Part shown: positions 13,808-26,866 of the stretch, one piece after another
How positions within the stretch are numbered: position 1 is the stretch's first letter
Layout: every line of letters starts with the position of its first letter
Assembly: GCA_028023455.1 (NCBI GenBank)
Contig: JAQFVV010000006.1
Location: 18,414,001 to 18,478,000, forward strand
From: Epiperipatus broadwayi
Taxonomy: Eukaryota > Animalia > Onychophora
Reading direction: 5' to 3'
DNA length: 64,000 nucleotides
Translations under genes and position numbers: made by a program
The notes under the pieces: model-generated
What the model was told of the DNA's origin: nothing
The model's input: the letters and a program-made list of their open reading frames with translations, nothing else
Database searches by the model: none

Positions 13808-13845
13808 CCTCAGACTGATTTCTGCTACTGGCATCCTCAGTGAGG
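13808..13845 (-). ncRNA. Minimal hammerhead ribozyme, family C, core intact
   Basis: The reverse complement reads CCUCA CUGAGGA UGC-CAGUA-GCA GAAA UCAG UC UGAGG: perfect 5-bp stem I, 3-bp stem II, 2-bp stem III and a GUC site. The flank 13770-13905 is homologous to the arms at 24.8 and 25.4 kb. Confidence 0.75.
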
Positions 13846-16800
13846 TACTAGGATATTCAATCATTAGATTAAAAATACCAGGACAAGCCCAGCACTTTAT
13901 CTAATGTATAACTTATATACTTGCAGACATTGAGACAAAACTATGTCAATAGACTTTAAGATGTATTTCAACCATTCTAATCTTTTCAATTAAGCCAAGT
14001 CTTACATCAATTTTCACATGCTACTCAGCAACCTTTGTACATAAATTTATTTTATGTATATTTTAGCAAATATTTGTTTACAAATATCATAAACATTATA
14101 GATATAGTTGAACTTAATTTAAATTTAAAGTATATCTAAAATGAAATGAAATGTACTGAATAATTATTAATCTTTTATGTAAATGATTACTCTAAGTGCT
14201 TGCTAAAAATATGCATTAAAGAAATGTAATATATTTGAGTGTATGTGTGTATTTATGTGAGAGACAGGGAATAAAGGAATTAAAAAAAAAAAAAACCAGA
14301 TAATTTAATGTAAAATTAGATTGTAAAATAATTTTATCAATTATAATGGACTACATGAAAGCTCTAAAGACATAGATGTGTGCATAACAAATATAAAAAA
14401 TAAAAATAATTATTTCTAGGGTGTATCGAGTTATCAAATAGAAATACTTAATACATTGTTTATAAAGGATCCTATTAAAGTTGTTCTATGCAATAAAAGT
14501 GATATTAGCCCAATGCAACAATTTTGAGAAATATTTTGGAAAAGGAGTTAAGATGTGAGAAAATAATAAATATTAAATTCTAATCATTGCATAAATAAAA
14601 TAATTATTTAAAATATATTTAATTATCACCGAAATGTAAAAAACAATAAGAGAATCAATTATAAAAATAATTATTGAAAATGGTGATATACATAGATGAA
14701 AAAGAAATAGATTAATTGTATGATTACTAAATAATACTTAAATGAAAAGTAAACTTTATTTCACTATTTTTATTATTAATTGTTTATGAACCTTTTATAA
14801 TATTTTAATATTCATTTGTATATATAATCAGACTATGATAGACCAAGGGAAGAATGATTTCCATTATTGTTGAGGAAGTCATAAATGGCTCTATTTTTGA
14901 CCAAATATCTTGGTAATCCATATTGAATGATTATATATAATAAAAGAAATAATTATTGTTATATTTTAAGAAAATGGGCATTCAACTGAACTGTATGGAT
15001 AGCAGGGCTGCAATAAAAATAATTGTTTCAGACTTTGCAATCATTTAATTGGAAAAATTTCTTTTCTTACTATTTAATAGTATATCATATTTTAATAAAG
15101 GGTCTCACAATGCCATTGTAGCAATTTAGATTAGAAAAAAAGATGATCTTGAAATTATTTTCAGGTTTAAAATCAGGCTCTGGATTTTTTTTCATGTACA
15201 TTCTATAGCGATCAATAAATGGATATTTAACTATTCTTAGTTAAAGGATAAAATAAGGATAGAAAATTTCCCAAATCCTTACCTACCAGCAATTTCAAAG
15301 TTTTGATGAATAATACTTTCCTGCTTCAATGTTCTTCTCTAAGAGGCTGTTGAAAAGGTATTTGCTTGTCAAGGTTATTTAAATAATATTAAAAGAAAAT
15401 AATTTTAATCAAAGAAAGTTTTTGATAGTAAAAATAATTTATTAATAAAAAAAAATTCCACCCCTTGAATCCTTTTAAGTCCAATGCTAATGTATTCTTT
15501 TGTTGGTAACATATGTTGTGTATTAACAAAGTATTGATTAAAATTATTTTTATGCATTATACATAATTCAATAATAAAGGCAGAAAGGTTTAAAGTCTAA
15601 ACGAAAAATTATTTTATTTTAAAACTTAGTTAAATAAATTAATAAATATTAAAAGAAATTTGTTTGTTATTGAGAGATATATAATTAGCTCTCTTGTTAC
15701 ACATTTTAATCACAGAATTTATTGTGATTTTTATATAGAGTGTGGAGTGAAATTAACAAATGTATATTATCAGCAAATTATTATGTATTGATTCATTGCA
15801 TTCAATTCATCATTGATCTTGAAGTAAATCTAATATACTTTGATAAAATAAAGGGATTATAATTAAAGCAGCATCCTATCCTTTAAAATACATCATTCAT
15901 TTGCAAATCATTTCTATAGTGAGATTAAATTTTATTTCCATGCACTTTTATGCAATGGTAACCTCGAGGCAGAAGTTCTGAGAACAATTCTCAGCTGACT
16001 AACATAACTAAGTTAAGCTGTTAAATGCTTAATGTATCATTAGGTTGCTCAAATGGCACACGATTACCTGAGCAAATAAGCATATAATTAATTTAATGTC
16101 ACCTATTTTTCAAATGTAATTGTGGTATCTATATGATTTCTATTTAATGATAAGAAACAAACTTATTTTGTTTATGAAATGAGTTGGTTTCAGCAGGCTG
16201 CATGTAATTATTCTATATAGTCTGATAAACTCATTTTATTGGATAGCTTTATTTTATTAGCAGTGTTGGAATTAGATACAATCTGTTTGAATTTACCAGT
16301 ATATACCAGGTATTCAGCAACCTTTAATTGGAAAATTATGTGCTACATTTCAAAACTTCCATAAATTGCATTTAACCAACAAAATAAACCCAGTAGACAG
16401 CATATAATTTTATTAATCAAAAGATTACTAAATTTTCCAACTATATCAAGTACTAATGGGAAGTTAATTATTTCCTGTCTTACTACAAAAAAATAATTTG
16501 TATACCAGTAATTTATAAAGTTATATATAGTTGTGATTAGAATATTATTCCCACTGATATGATGTATTGTATTTTCAGTAACTGATGATTGATGAATTGA
16601 TTTATAGTTTGGGCTTCTTCTTGAAAATTGAGGTTGACTAATGAAATTGATTCTGCAAGCTGTATGTAATTTTACTAAACAACAACCATAGGTTTAATTC
16701 ATTTCGCACATTAAATAATAAAAGTTCAATATATATACTGTATTTAAAATATATGTTACAACGAAATCAATTCTCTATCCTAATGCTATTAATAGTAAAC

Positions 16801-17977
16801 TTGAGTAATTAATAATTATTACATGTTGGCACATTTAAATAGCCAAATTAATTTTTGCCATAAACAATAAGAATTGAGATTCAAAGCTGAGAGGAATGCA
16901 ATTATGTATCTAATTGTCACTTTTAACTCCATTTTACTGTTCAAGCTAATAACCTAAAATTTCAAAATATCTTAAGATTTTGAATCCAAACTAACCTGCT
17001 GGAACACTCCTGTAGATAAGACTCATGTCAATAATAATAGTTTCTTCAGTTCTTTATTAACTGGCTGTTAATAATAATAGATCACTTATTTCTTTACTTT
17101 CCACAATAGATTATAAAATGAGTATCTCTGTTCTTAAATGCACTATATCTGTTAATCACTGATTACTCAAGCTTCCTATAGATAAAAAGCTCCCTTTGTT
17201 TTATCATAGTCTATAGGAACTAAAGTAAAAACTGTGATTTATTATTAAAAATATATGTTTATTATTACCAAATAATATTCTGTTTAAACGCATTAAAACT
17301 AAATAAAATTGAAAACAATAAAGGATTTTTTTTTCTCAATATTATATATGAAGACAACCAAAAACAAAGGAAGAAGAAAAGAATTTAGAATGACTATATA
17401 ATAAAGCAATAAAGGATACCTTAAGATAACATATTAAATTTTTTAAATAAAAGACATGATATAAAACTGCAATAAATAAAAAAGAATGGAATAAAGTTTT
17501 AGTGTGACATCGATATTTAAAAATTGTCAGTTTGATGTGGAATATAATATCACATGAACGGGAAAAAAATGACTATTATCAGTAACAGAGATAAAGCAAT
17601 TAGAAATTTTACCATTATGTTTTGGACAAATACAGTATAGAAAATTGGTTATACTTTAAAAAGCAGTGAGATAGGGTAATTCAGAGATTAAAAAAAAAAA
17701 GGGGGGGGGTTATTGAGGAAATTGGAAAAAGAAGTTAAACTAGATTATAGCTTAAAGTAATTTTTGTCATTCTTTTTAAAGTTAATATTATAGAAGAGCA
17801 GAAATTAGTTATGAATATGGAGTGAATGTCATGATTTGATAATTGTAGAGTAAAGGATTGAATTCTAGAATATTTGATAGATTGTGATGTGTATATTAAA
17901 AACCAAAAACATGACTCCAGTTTATGCACTGCTTTTCAATAGCAGACTATTTATACTACTGCAGTTTCTGTCATCTA

Positions 17978-18452
17978 TTGCAAGGCAATTAATCAGTATT
18001 TGGTGAATCTCTATTCAGTTTTGCCCTATCCATATCTCCAAACTAGTTTCTGGTTTGTGGCTTTTGTCAGTTAGGAGTTTGAGCTACCAATCTGAAATTC
18101 AAAAATATCTTAATGCTTCAAATTTAAGCCAACTTGCTTGCATATATATTTACATAGTTCAGACACCAGTTCAATATCTAAATATTCTGGTAGTCTCAGG
18201 TTTTTAATAATGCTAAGTATCTCTATACTTGGGTCAGGATTATTATAAAATGAAATAAATACTACATCACAATATTTTTAAAAAAGAAATTCTCTACTCC
18301 AGTTTTTCTCCTCATTATGGATCCAGATCCAAAACTCTTCATTGATAAACCCAATTAGTTAGAAACTAGTTTGAGGATATAGATTAGGTAGCATGGAATA
18401 AGGATTTAATAAGTACTACTTTTTATCACTGATTGATTACCCAAGCTTGCAA
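17978..18452. mobile_element. Old fold-back mini-element of family A with two decayed outward-facing hammerheads (18036-18075 minus, 18337-18375 plus)
   Basis: Inverted termini ttgcaaggcaattaatcagt and actgattgattacccaagcttgcaa. Both arms keep AGAAACTAGTTTG(G/A)(A/G)G. The cores read CUGACAA and UUGAUAA, with stem II decayed. Confidence 0.6.
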
Positions 18453-18929
18453 AGAAATGGAAGAATTAGAATAGTGTCAAAATATGATTGTATTGTTTAT
18501 TTATGGATATATGCATGCACAATTTCTAGTTTTAAGTAATTATCCAAATGCTGTTAATACACTCTTATACTTCCATATATTGTCTGCCCCAGATGAATAT
18601 AAGCTAGTTTTTAACAAGAGGGAAATCCTTTACATCCCAGTAAATACTGCTTATTTATATATGCCTTAGATCTGTTACATCTTATGTACTCTACATTTGG
18701 GGATAGCTAATGCAAATGGTTATTTTGCATTGGGATAGCAGTCTAGTAAGTACAATTGTGCAGAAAGTATTAACAGTATTTGGTTAATTAGTCAAGACAG
18801 AAAATTACATAAAATGTTAAAAAACATTTGATTTTATATATATAATATTAATTAATAGTAACACTATACAATACAACTTTTCAAGCAACCTCAGAATATT
18901 CATGTTGGATTTTTGAATTATTTTTATAG

Positions 18930-19140
18930 GTAATTCAGATGTTTAAAGGCTGCAAGTCTGAAGATATGCCTCCTCATATTTACGCAACAGCTCAAAATGC
19001 CTTACGTCAGATGATTTCATCTCGTGCAGACCAATCAGTTGTGCTAATGGGGAGGAGTGGCAGTGGCAAAACATCAAATTTTAAGTACTTATTACATTAT
19101 TTAGCGATTGCAGCTGGAACAGGTGTGAATATTGTGACAG
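18930..19140 (+). CDS. Myo18a: Myosin XVIII motor-domain exon containing the P-loop
   Basis: tttttatAG|GTAATTCAGATG...ACAG|GTAGGA encodes [70 protein letters not shown]. This matches Myo18A MFKGCRREDMAPHIY...GSSGSGKT as recalled. Ends in phase 1. Confidence 0.95.
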
Positions 19141-20175
19141 GTAGGAACATGTTTCTATTTGTAGTAGCATTGAATAATAATCAGATTCCTCCCACTTACT
19201 CAGGTAGTTGGAATAAATTGGAAAAATCATTTTTAAGTATTTTCAAACAATCTATTACATGTCTCCAACTTCACATTTATAAGTAATCTATTCTGTTTTT
19301 GAGCCATCCATTATAAGCTGAAGAGTTTGATTTGCTCATGTTTTGATTATTTAAGCTAATAATGCTGGAATAAAATAATTAGAAAACGATTGCTGCTTCT
19401 GCTGCAACATTTGTTATTTTAATTTGGAATTTATCATTAACATTTGTTATTTTGTAGCTAAAAAATAAATAGGAGAAAATAAAAGAAACATTATGGAAGG
19501 ATTAAAAGGCAGAAATGGTAGTTTCAATATAACAGGATGGAAGGGATTTTTATTTTTTTTGGAAAAAAAAAGCTTTTGATATAAACTGTATATTACTTTT
19601 CTCTAAAAATATAAGCAGTGAAGACATTATATTTCTATAGTAGATTTAATTAAATTAGATCTTTTTTTTTTTTTTGATATATAGATCTAAAAAATGAAAG
19701 CTAATAATATTCTAGTTCACCATTAATATTCCAATTGAAATTATAATAAATCAAGAATTTTGACAAATTATGAGGCAACATTAACAAATATCTTCTATTT
19801 TCACAAAAAGGATAAAGGTAATATTTGTTTGTGGCATTCTGCATATTTCAATAATAGATTTTTTTTTTTTTGAAAATAATGATAATAATTCAACTTAGAA
19901 TTTTTAAAAATCAACATATTCTATAAACAAAATCTAACTTCCAAAATGCATTACAATAATTAAATATGGCAATAACTATAAAAAATATTATTAGGAAATC
20001 ATGTAAACACAAATAGTTATTCTAATTCCATAAGAAAAAAGCAAAGTTGATAGATCAAATAATGCTAAAAAGAAGGAAATGAAGGAAAAACAGATTGGAA
20101 TCAGAATTGTTGTGCTTGTAATTAAAGAATGGAAATGTAGTTTTACAAACATACTTTCAATATATAGGGTATATG

Positions 20176-20447
20176 AGCACAGACTTTCACATGACCCAAC
20201 ATTCTCCACTCCATCTCATAACACCGATACACTTGAACACATATATGTCGAAAAGATAAATAATCACCAATATACGTATTTCATGCTAAACCAGCAATCA
20301 TCAGTTAGTCCAGATTATCATCTCCCACACATATATATAATCAGTGCTCAGTTTATATTAAGATAGCCAATCTTCATACTTTAATGGACAGGCTTCATTC
20401 CACCCCACACTCCAACTCTTCAACCATTCATCCAATTAAAAATCTGA
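20176..20447 (-). mobile_element. Solo hammerhead-bearing repeat, family B (pLTR-like), copy 1
   Basis: Homologous along its length to 26570-26866. Non-coding, and contains a minus-strand hammerhead. Confidence 0.65.
20266..20309 (-). ncRNA. Minimal hammerhead ribozyme, family B
   Basis: The reverse complement reads ACUAA CUGAUGA U UGCU-GGUUU-AGCA U GAAA UACGUA U A UUGGU, with a self-complementary stem III (UACGUA), an AUA site and a 5-bp stem I. Confidence 0.7.
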
Positions 20448-20852
20448 TGATGGAACACTCAAAGGCCACCCTTTCAACAGATTTATAACTATTTGGCTAT
20501 AATGTTAAGGTAAATAGCAAAAAGAAAAGAATATGGAGAGAAAAAGAGAAAAGACTGTTTGTCTCTTACTAAGCTTTGATAATTTAATATCCTGTCCAAA
20601 ACAAGAGATATTGGCTGAGCATTAATTGCTAGTTATTTGCAGTTAGTTCACATCTGAAAATCTCTTTCTTATCTGCCATCATTTTAATATACATTCTTAT
20701 TTTAAATTATGATATAAATTTAAAGAATAATTTTAAATAATTTAAACATTAGCATACAGAAGGTGATTGTTTAATATGATTGAAATATAGAATATATTGT
20801 GGCAGATTAAAGATGAATTGTTAAGGACAGTTGAATTCAATCTTATAAGTAT

Positions 20853-23800
20853 GATCATTATCATTTTCAGTCATTATCAATCCACTTCTCTCCAAGTTCA
20901 ATCCATCTCCAATCTTTAGCCACTCTTCTCCATATCACCCTGCAAATTAATTTCATTCAGCCATCTCTCATGTAGTCTCTTTCTAGGTCATTTACAATCT
21001 CTTAGCATCCAGTTTAAGATTTCAGCTGTCCATCTATTATCTCTTCTAGCAATATGTTCAGCCCAACTCCAGTCTTTTAATATTTTCAATGATATCAGTA
21101 ACACCTCTTTATTCTTTTACCCATGTATTTAATTTGTGATCCCTTCTTGTTACACTTAACATGCATTTTTACATATTTATTTGAGTGGCTGAAGTCTCTA
21201 TATTGCTCTTCTGTTAAGGATCCAAGTCTCAAATCTATAAATAAGAACTGGTAAAACACATTTCTTAAAACCTTCCTTTTCAAACACATAGGCATATTTC
21301 TTTTTAATATTAAATTGCTTCTATCAAAAGCATTCCAATCAAATTTAATTCTATGATTAATTTTATTCATTATGTTTTAATCTGTAGTATTAATCTGATA
21401 AAGATATTTGCAGTTGTTAACTTCTTCTTTCTTTTAATAATCAATCTCTATTTTCATCTTTTGAGAAAATCCAATGAATCTTACTTTAATCTTTTTAACA
21501 TTTACCTTTAGTTCTACTTTCTTGATAATTCTTGCAAAATGTCCTGAAGCTCTAAATCTTGTTTGCAAAAACAATTACATCTTCTTCAAAGTCTAGATGG
21601 CTTAACTAATCTCCATTTACTTTTATTTCTTTACCTTCCCATTTACAATCACAAAATACTTCTCACAGCACTGCTGTAAAAAAAAATAGGTATGAGTCAT
21701 CATGTCATAATCCCTTCTCACTGTTAATCCTCTTAGCATCAATATATAATCTAATTGTTTCTGTTGCATTTTATAAATATTGTAATGAGTCTATATGTTG
21801 ATCCAACTTGAAGAAATGTTTATAGAATCTAATGCCTTTTCATAATCTACAAAGCCAAAACATATTGATAATGCATATTCATTACTTCTCTCAATACTTG
21901 GATATGATCCATTATACTAAAACTACTTTTAAATCCAGCTTGTTCTTTTGGTTGGTTGAAATCAAAAATTCTCTGTATATGAGTTGTAATTATCTTGGTA
22001 AAAAATTTGGAAGAAACTGATAAAAGATTGATACATCTGTAATTTCTAATATCTTCTTTATCACCTTTTTAAAATTTTAATATTAATACTGCTTTCTTCC
22101 AATCATTTGCTACATCTTTATCCTTTAGACATTTGGTATATAACTTTATCAAAAAATTTTCTATTTTTTCATTTGCTTTTTTTAAGATGTATATTATAAT
22201 TCCATTATTACCTGGAGCTTTTCTCTTCTTTATAAATTTAATTGCATGTCTCACTTCTTCATTTAAAATTCGGGCAATTCAGAAGATGTAATAGATGTAG
22301 AAGATATTTATTCTTTATTACTATATAATTCCTGATAGAACTCTTTTACCCAGTTCATGATGTCATCTCTCTTTTTAATAATAGTTCTATCTTTTTTTCT
22401 TATTGCAGATATTAATTTCATACCAATGTCAAAATTATTCTTCTATAGTTTTCCTTGCTAGTTCACAATTATTATTTTTTATGTCATTGTCAATTCTTCT
22501 TAATATATCATTTTATATATTTTCATATTTTTTATTTTCTTTCTAAATTCTCTAGTCTCAGTAGAAATTTTATTGGTCAATTGCTGCTGTTTCTATCAGC
22601 TATCTTTCTTGCAGTTTTTAAAAATGTTTCAATTATTTTCCTATTAATTTCATTCAAATCGGAATTGTGTTCAAAATCTGCTAGTATTTGAAAACCATTT
22701 GCAAGTTCTAATTTAAACTCATTAACATATTTCTGGAGATTAGGAATATCAACTTGTGAATATTGTTTTTTAAAAGAATTTTTGTCTCTTTAGTTTTTCA
22801 TTAACACGAATCTTACATCTCACTAATTGCTGATCACTTCCTGTGTTAAATTTATTAAGAACATTACAATCTTGAAATATGTATTTTCTGTTAGTCAAAA
22901 TATAATCCAATTCTACTCTACCTTCATTTGGATGCTTCCATGTCCATTTCCATTTAACATTTTTCTCAAAAAAAGAATTCATGTTATATAGTTTTTCTTT
23001 TTCTGCAAACTCCACAAGTCTATGTCCTCTCTCATTCCTATCACCATAACCAAATTGACTTATAGTATTTTCATTTTCGATTGTTCAGCAATTTTAGCAT
23101 TAAAATCTTCCATAACAATTTTAAAATGTTTGGTCTGATCAAAAGCCTTTTTGCACATCCATATAAAAATTCCCTACTACTTCATTACTATGAGAACTTG
23201 TTGGGACATAAACCTGAATTATTTGCATTTGGTATCTGCTATTAAGTTGAATAACTAATCTTGCCACTATGTCCAATACCCAATCAATCTACACAATGTT
23301 GTTCTTCCACTTTTTCTTTATAATGAATCCTACTGTACTCCTATTTCCAATATTTGTGTTTTTGTAATACAGTACATAATCAATTGTTTCTTTACCTTTT
23401 CTTCTAACTTCACAACGTCCAATAATGTCCCATTTAATATGAGACTCTTTCAATTCTTGAAATCTTCCTTCACATAAAAGTGATCTGAAGTTGTAAGTAC
23501 CGAAATACAAGATTGTCATCAAATGGCAGTCTCAGTCTATGATCAGGGGATTTTTAATATCCTCCAACTTTGGCCATTAACTACTGCTGCCTTAGCTGGC
23601 AACTTTACAACCTCTTGGGAATAAGTGCCATGATTTATTTTTGTCTGTCATGATTGTAAATATCTATTAGAAAAAAAGAAATTTTATTCACAGAGACATT
23701 CATTATGTCTTCAAGAAAAAACTGATATTTCAGTGGTAAAAAGCCAATAAACTCACCACACTGGCTAATGCATATTGATGAACACTTCATCCATGTTCGT

Positions 23801-23942
23801 ATACTATATGAATAATCACATGTAATAACAGCAGGAATGTATGGTGTGGATATCAGAAATTTGCTCTACTCATTGCCTTTAAGGCTTCCAAGACAAATCA
23901 CTGGGTTTTCTTTTTGTTAAGAGAAAACTTCTTTCTGCAGCC
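20853..23942 (-). mobile_element. Full-length but decayed RTE-clade LINE with an 11-bp TSD
   Basis: Homologous to 42685-45981 over its whole length (ORF fragments 22770-23015, 22069-22254, 21095-21370). TSD CTTATAAGTAT at 20842-20852 and 23943-23953. It has the same 5' end, GGCTGCAGAAAG. Confidence 0.92.
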
Positions 23943-24279
23943 CTTATAAGTATACTTTCATTTTAAATTATCAAGTTTCAATGTTTAAGTTCACCCATAA
24001 TATTGTCTTTTATATATAAAATTTAAAACAATCAATTTGAAACAAAATTGAAACAGACAACTCACTATAAATAAAATAAAAAATATTTAATACATCATTC
24101 TACTGCAACTCCACCCAATGGATATTATTTACCTTACATTACAAATGAAATACATATATGTACATAAAAATGATTAAACTTATTACAATTTTTTTTAATT
24201 TTATTATATATATATTTGCAAAACAATCTAAAAAAATTTTAAATTATAACTCTAAAATTTTCAATAATGTAACAAAAAA

Positions 24280-24620
24280 ATGAGTAATATTAAAAATAGA
24301 GTAGGGTTAGTTTACACAATTAGTTGTGAATTTAGTAATATGATCTATATAGATCAGACAGGAAAGACTGCCATTGAAAAAAATAAGGAGCAGGATAAGG
24401 CAATTAATAAAAAGGATATAAGATCAGGGTCATTATATACATTTTTTGAATACTGTACATAAAATGAATTATGTAGAAAGTATTCAGGCAATAAAACATG
24501 TTAAAAATTACAAGGAAAGAAAATGTTATGAAACTTTATATATTCAAGAAAATTTAAACAAATGTGTAAACTTGGTTAAAGGTTCAGCACAACTAAGGGA
24601 AAATGGGCGTTGTTAGATTG
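24280..24620 (+). pseudogene. PLE GIY-YIG endonuclease fragment
   Basis: KNRVGLVYTISCEFSNMIYIDQTGKTAIEKNKEQ..RSGSLYTF fits the PLE pattern GVVYxIxCxxCxxxYIGQTGR..EH..SAL. Contains stops. Confidence 0.75.
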
Positions 24621-24793
24621 TTGGAAACTTTATAGTTATAATTTAAGATATTTTTAGATTGTTTTGTAAATATATATTAATAAATAAAATTAAGTCACAT
24701 ATCATGTGACTTAACTTAATGAGCTATATAATTATAAAATAAAATAATAAGCATGCTAATAGCTCTAATGAGCTTTATCGATAAATACTGCAA

Positions 24794-24831
24794 GCCAAAC
24801 TGTTTCAACTTATTGGCTCTCCTCAGTGAGG
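24794..24831 (-). ncRNA. Hammerhead motif, family C, partly decayed
   Basis: The reverse complement reads CCUCA CUGAGGA GAGCCAAUAAGUU GAAA CAG UU UGGCU. Stems I and II are weakened. Confidence 0.5.
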
Positions 24832-25418
24832 TGCTAGGATATTTCAGACACTAGATGTAAAATACCAACTCAAGGCCAGCACTTATCTAATACTTTACTA
24901 TTAAGTAGAAAATCTGAAATTTTCACATAGCTGCATGTCTTTAAATGCAGCAGCTATTTAACTCAAATAGCTATATGGGTCTGAAAACTTTTCAGCCACA
25001 TCATATATTAATAGCCTTAGCAATATAACATCACATAAGACTTTAAAGCAAAATTATAATAGTAAATAAAATCCAGTCATATATCACATGACTTAACTTA
25101 ATAAGCCTGTAATTATAAAAATGCCTATTATTTTATTTTATAAGTACAAGCTTATTAAGTCATGTGATATATGACTTGGATTTTATTTACTTATTATAAT
25201 CTTGCTTTTAAGTTTCAAGCGATGCTATATTGCTAAGGCTATTAATATGTGGTGTAACTGAAGAGTTTTTAGACCCATATAGCTATTTAAATTAGATAGC
25301 TGGATTTGAAGAAATATAGGTGTCTGAAAATTTCAGATTTTCTATTTAACAGCTAATTATCAGATAAGTGCTGACCTCGAATTGGTGTTTTAGATCTAGT
25401 GTCTGAAATAATCTAGCA

Positions 25419-25458
25419 TCTCACTGAGGAGAGCCAATAACTCGAAACTGGTTTGGGG
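25419..25458 (+). ncRNA. Minimal hammerhead ribozyme, family C
   Basis: UCUCA CUGAGGA GAG-CCAAUAA-CUC GAAA CUGG UU UGGGG: intact core, GUU site, predicted cut after 25453. Confidence 0.7.
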
Positions 25459-26569
25459 ATGGGAATAATTTCTAAATAGAGCTTTTTAAATGCTTTATCT
25501 TGCAGCATTTATCGATAAAATTTGTTAGAATGAATAGCGTGCTCATTATTTTATTATATATATTTTTGAAAAAGATTGTAATAAGTTTAATGATTTTTAT
25601 GTACATATATGTATTTTATTCATTGTATTTATTGTAATATAATATAAATAATCTTCATTGGGTGAAATTGCAGTAGAATAGCTAGCCGGTCATGTGATTT
25701 TATATAAAAACATTTTGATAAGGTTCTAAGAAATAAAAGCCTGGTTGATATATTAAATAATTTTTTTATTTATAGTGAGTTGTCTGTTTCAATTTTGTTG
25801 TAAATTGATTATTTTAAATGTTAAGTATACTTATATATATATTCATAAGCATAAATATGAACATATACCATAATAAACATGTCTGCATGTAGATACTAAT
25901 TAATATATATAGTGAAATATGTAATATTTCCCATCCTAATAATATGTAAGTAAATTCAAGAAACATTTGACATAATGTAGGATATCCTTTCATCTTTTTC
26001 AGTAATTGCCAAGCAGATTTTCATTACTTTTATACCACATTAAATAATACTACATTGCAATTAAAATTCCAACTTTCTCATAATTAATACCCCTGGAACA
26101 CTTGTTTGAAGATATGAATTAGAAATGAATTATGCTTCTTTTATTTTTCATATCAGATAATTCTTCTTCATTCATTATATTGATATTATTACAATTAAAT
26201 ATGAGTCAATCTCTTTCATGATTTAAAAAACAACAACACAAATCTGATAAATATCAGTTTTTGATGTTATATTGTTGAATGTGCTGTTTTGATTCCTCTA
26301 TTTTTTTCTAATTTTAACACAATATATATTTTTTTATTTTTGTGACACTTTAAATACAACAATCAAACCGCACATCAAACAGTTTGAATCATTCAAAAAT
26401 TTATCTTAATAGTTTTTTTTTAAATCATGGAAAAAGTCTTACCATGTATTTAATTTTAAAAACATCAATAGATGAGTGAGGAAAGAGTTTATCTTCCTAG
26501 CAGTTTATTTTCAATCATTGCTCAAAACCCTTCAGCTATTTCAAACATTGGAATTTATATAAGGGATTC

Positions 26570-26866
26570 GAACTCAGACTTTCACACGACCCTCGGCTTT
26601 CCATGCCATCTCATATTCCGGACCCACCTGATCATACACATGTTGAAAAGATAAATAATCACCAATATATGTATTTCATGCTAAACCAGCAATCATCAGT
26701 TGGTCCAGATTACTATCTCCACACACACACATACATATATATATATATACACACACAATCAGTGCTCAGCTTTATATTAAGATAGCCAATCTTCATAGTT
26801 TAATAGACAGGCTTCAAATTACTCCAACCCACAACTCTTCAGCCATCCATTTCATTGAAAATCTAA
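26570..26866 (-). mobile_element. Solo hammerhead-bearing repeat, family B, copy 2 (hammerhead at 26661-26704, minus strand)
   Basis: The reverse complement reads ACCAA CUGAUGA UUGCUGGUUUAGCAU GAAA UACAUA UA UUGGU. Homologous to 20176-20447. Confidence 0.65.

Larger units (their letters stand above)
24021..25819. mobile_element. PLE relic with inverted 3' UTR termini, a GIY-YIG fragment and an internal hammerhead palindrome (family C)
   Basis: 24021-24265 is inverted to 24630-24690 and to 25550-25819. 24735-25122 is inverted to 25128-25560. A ~60-bp direct repeat lies at 24681-24740 and 25063-25122. Confidence 0.8.

Noticed and set aside
19141-19286. 3' part of the 115-aa ORF 18939-19286 as coding
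   Set aside because: Myosin similarity stops at the GT donor at 19141. The rest is intron read-through.
20440-20480. Plus-strand hammerhead at CTGATGATGG
   Set aside because: No GAAA, no stem II and no UH site.
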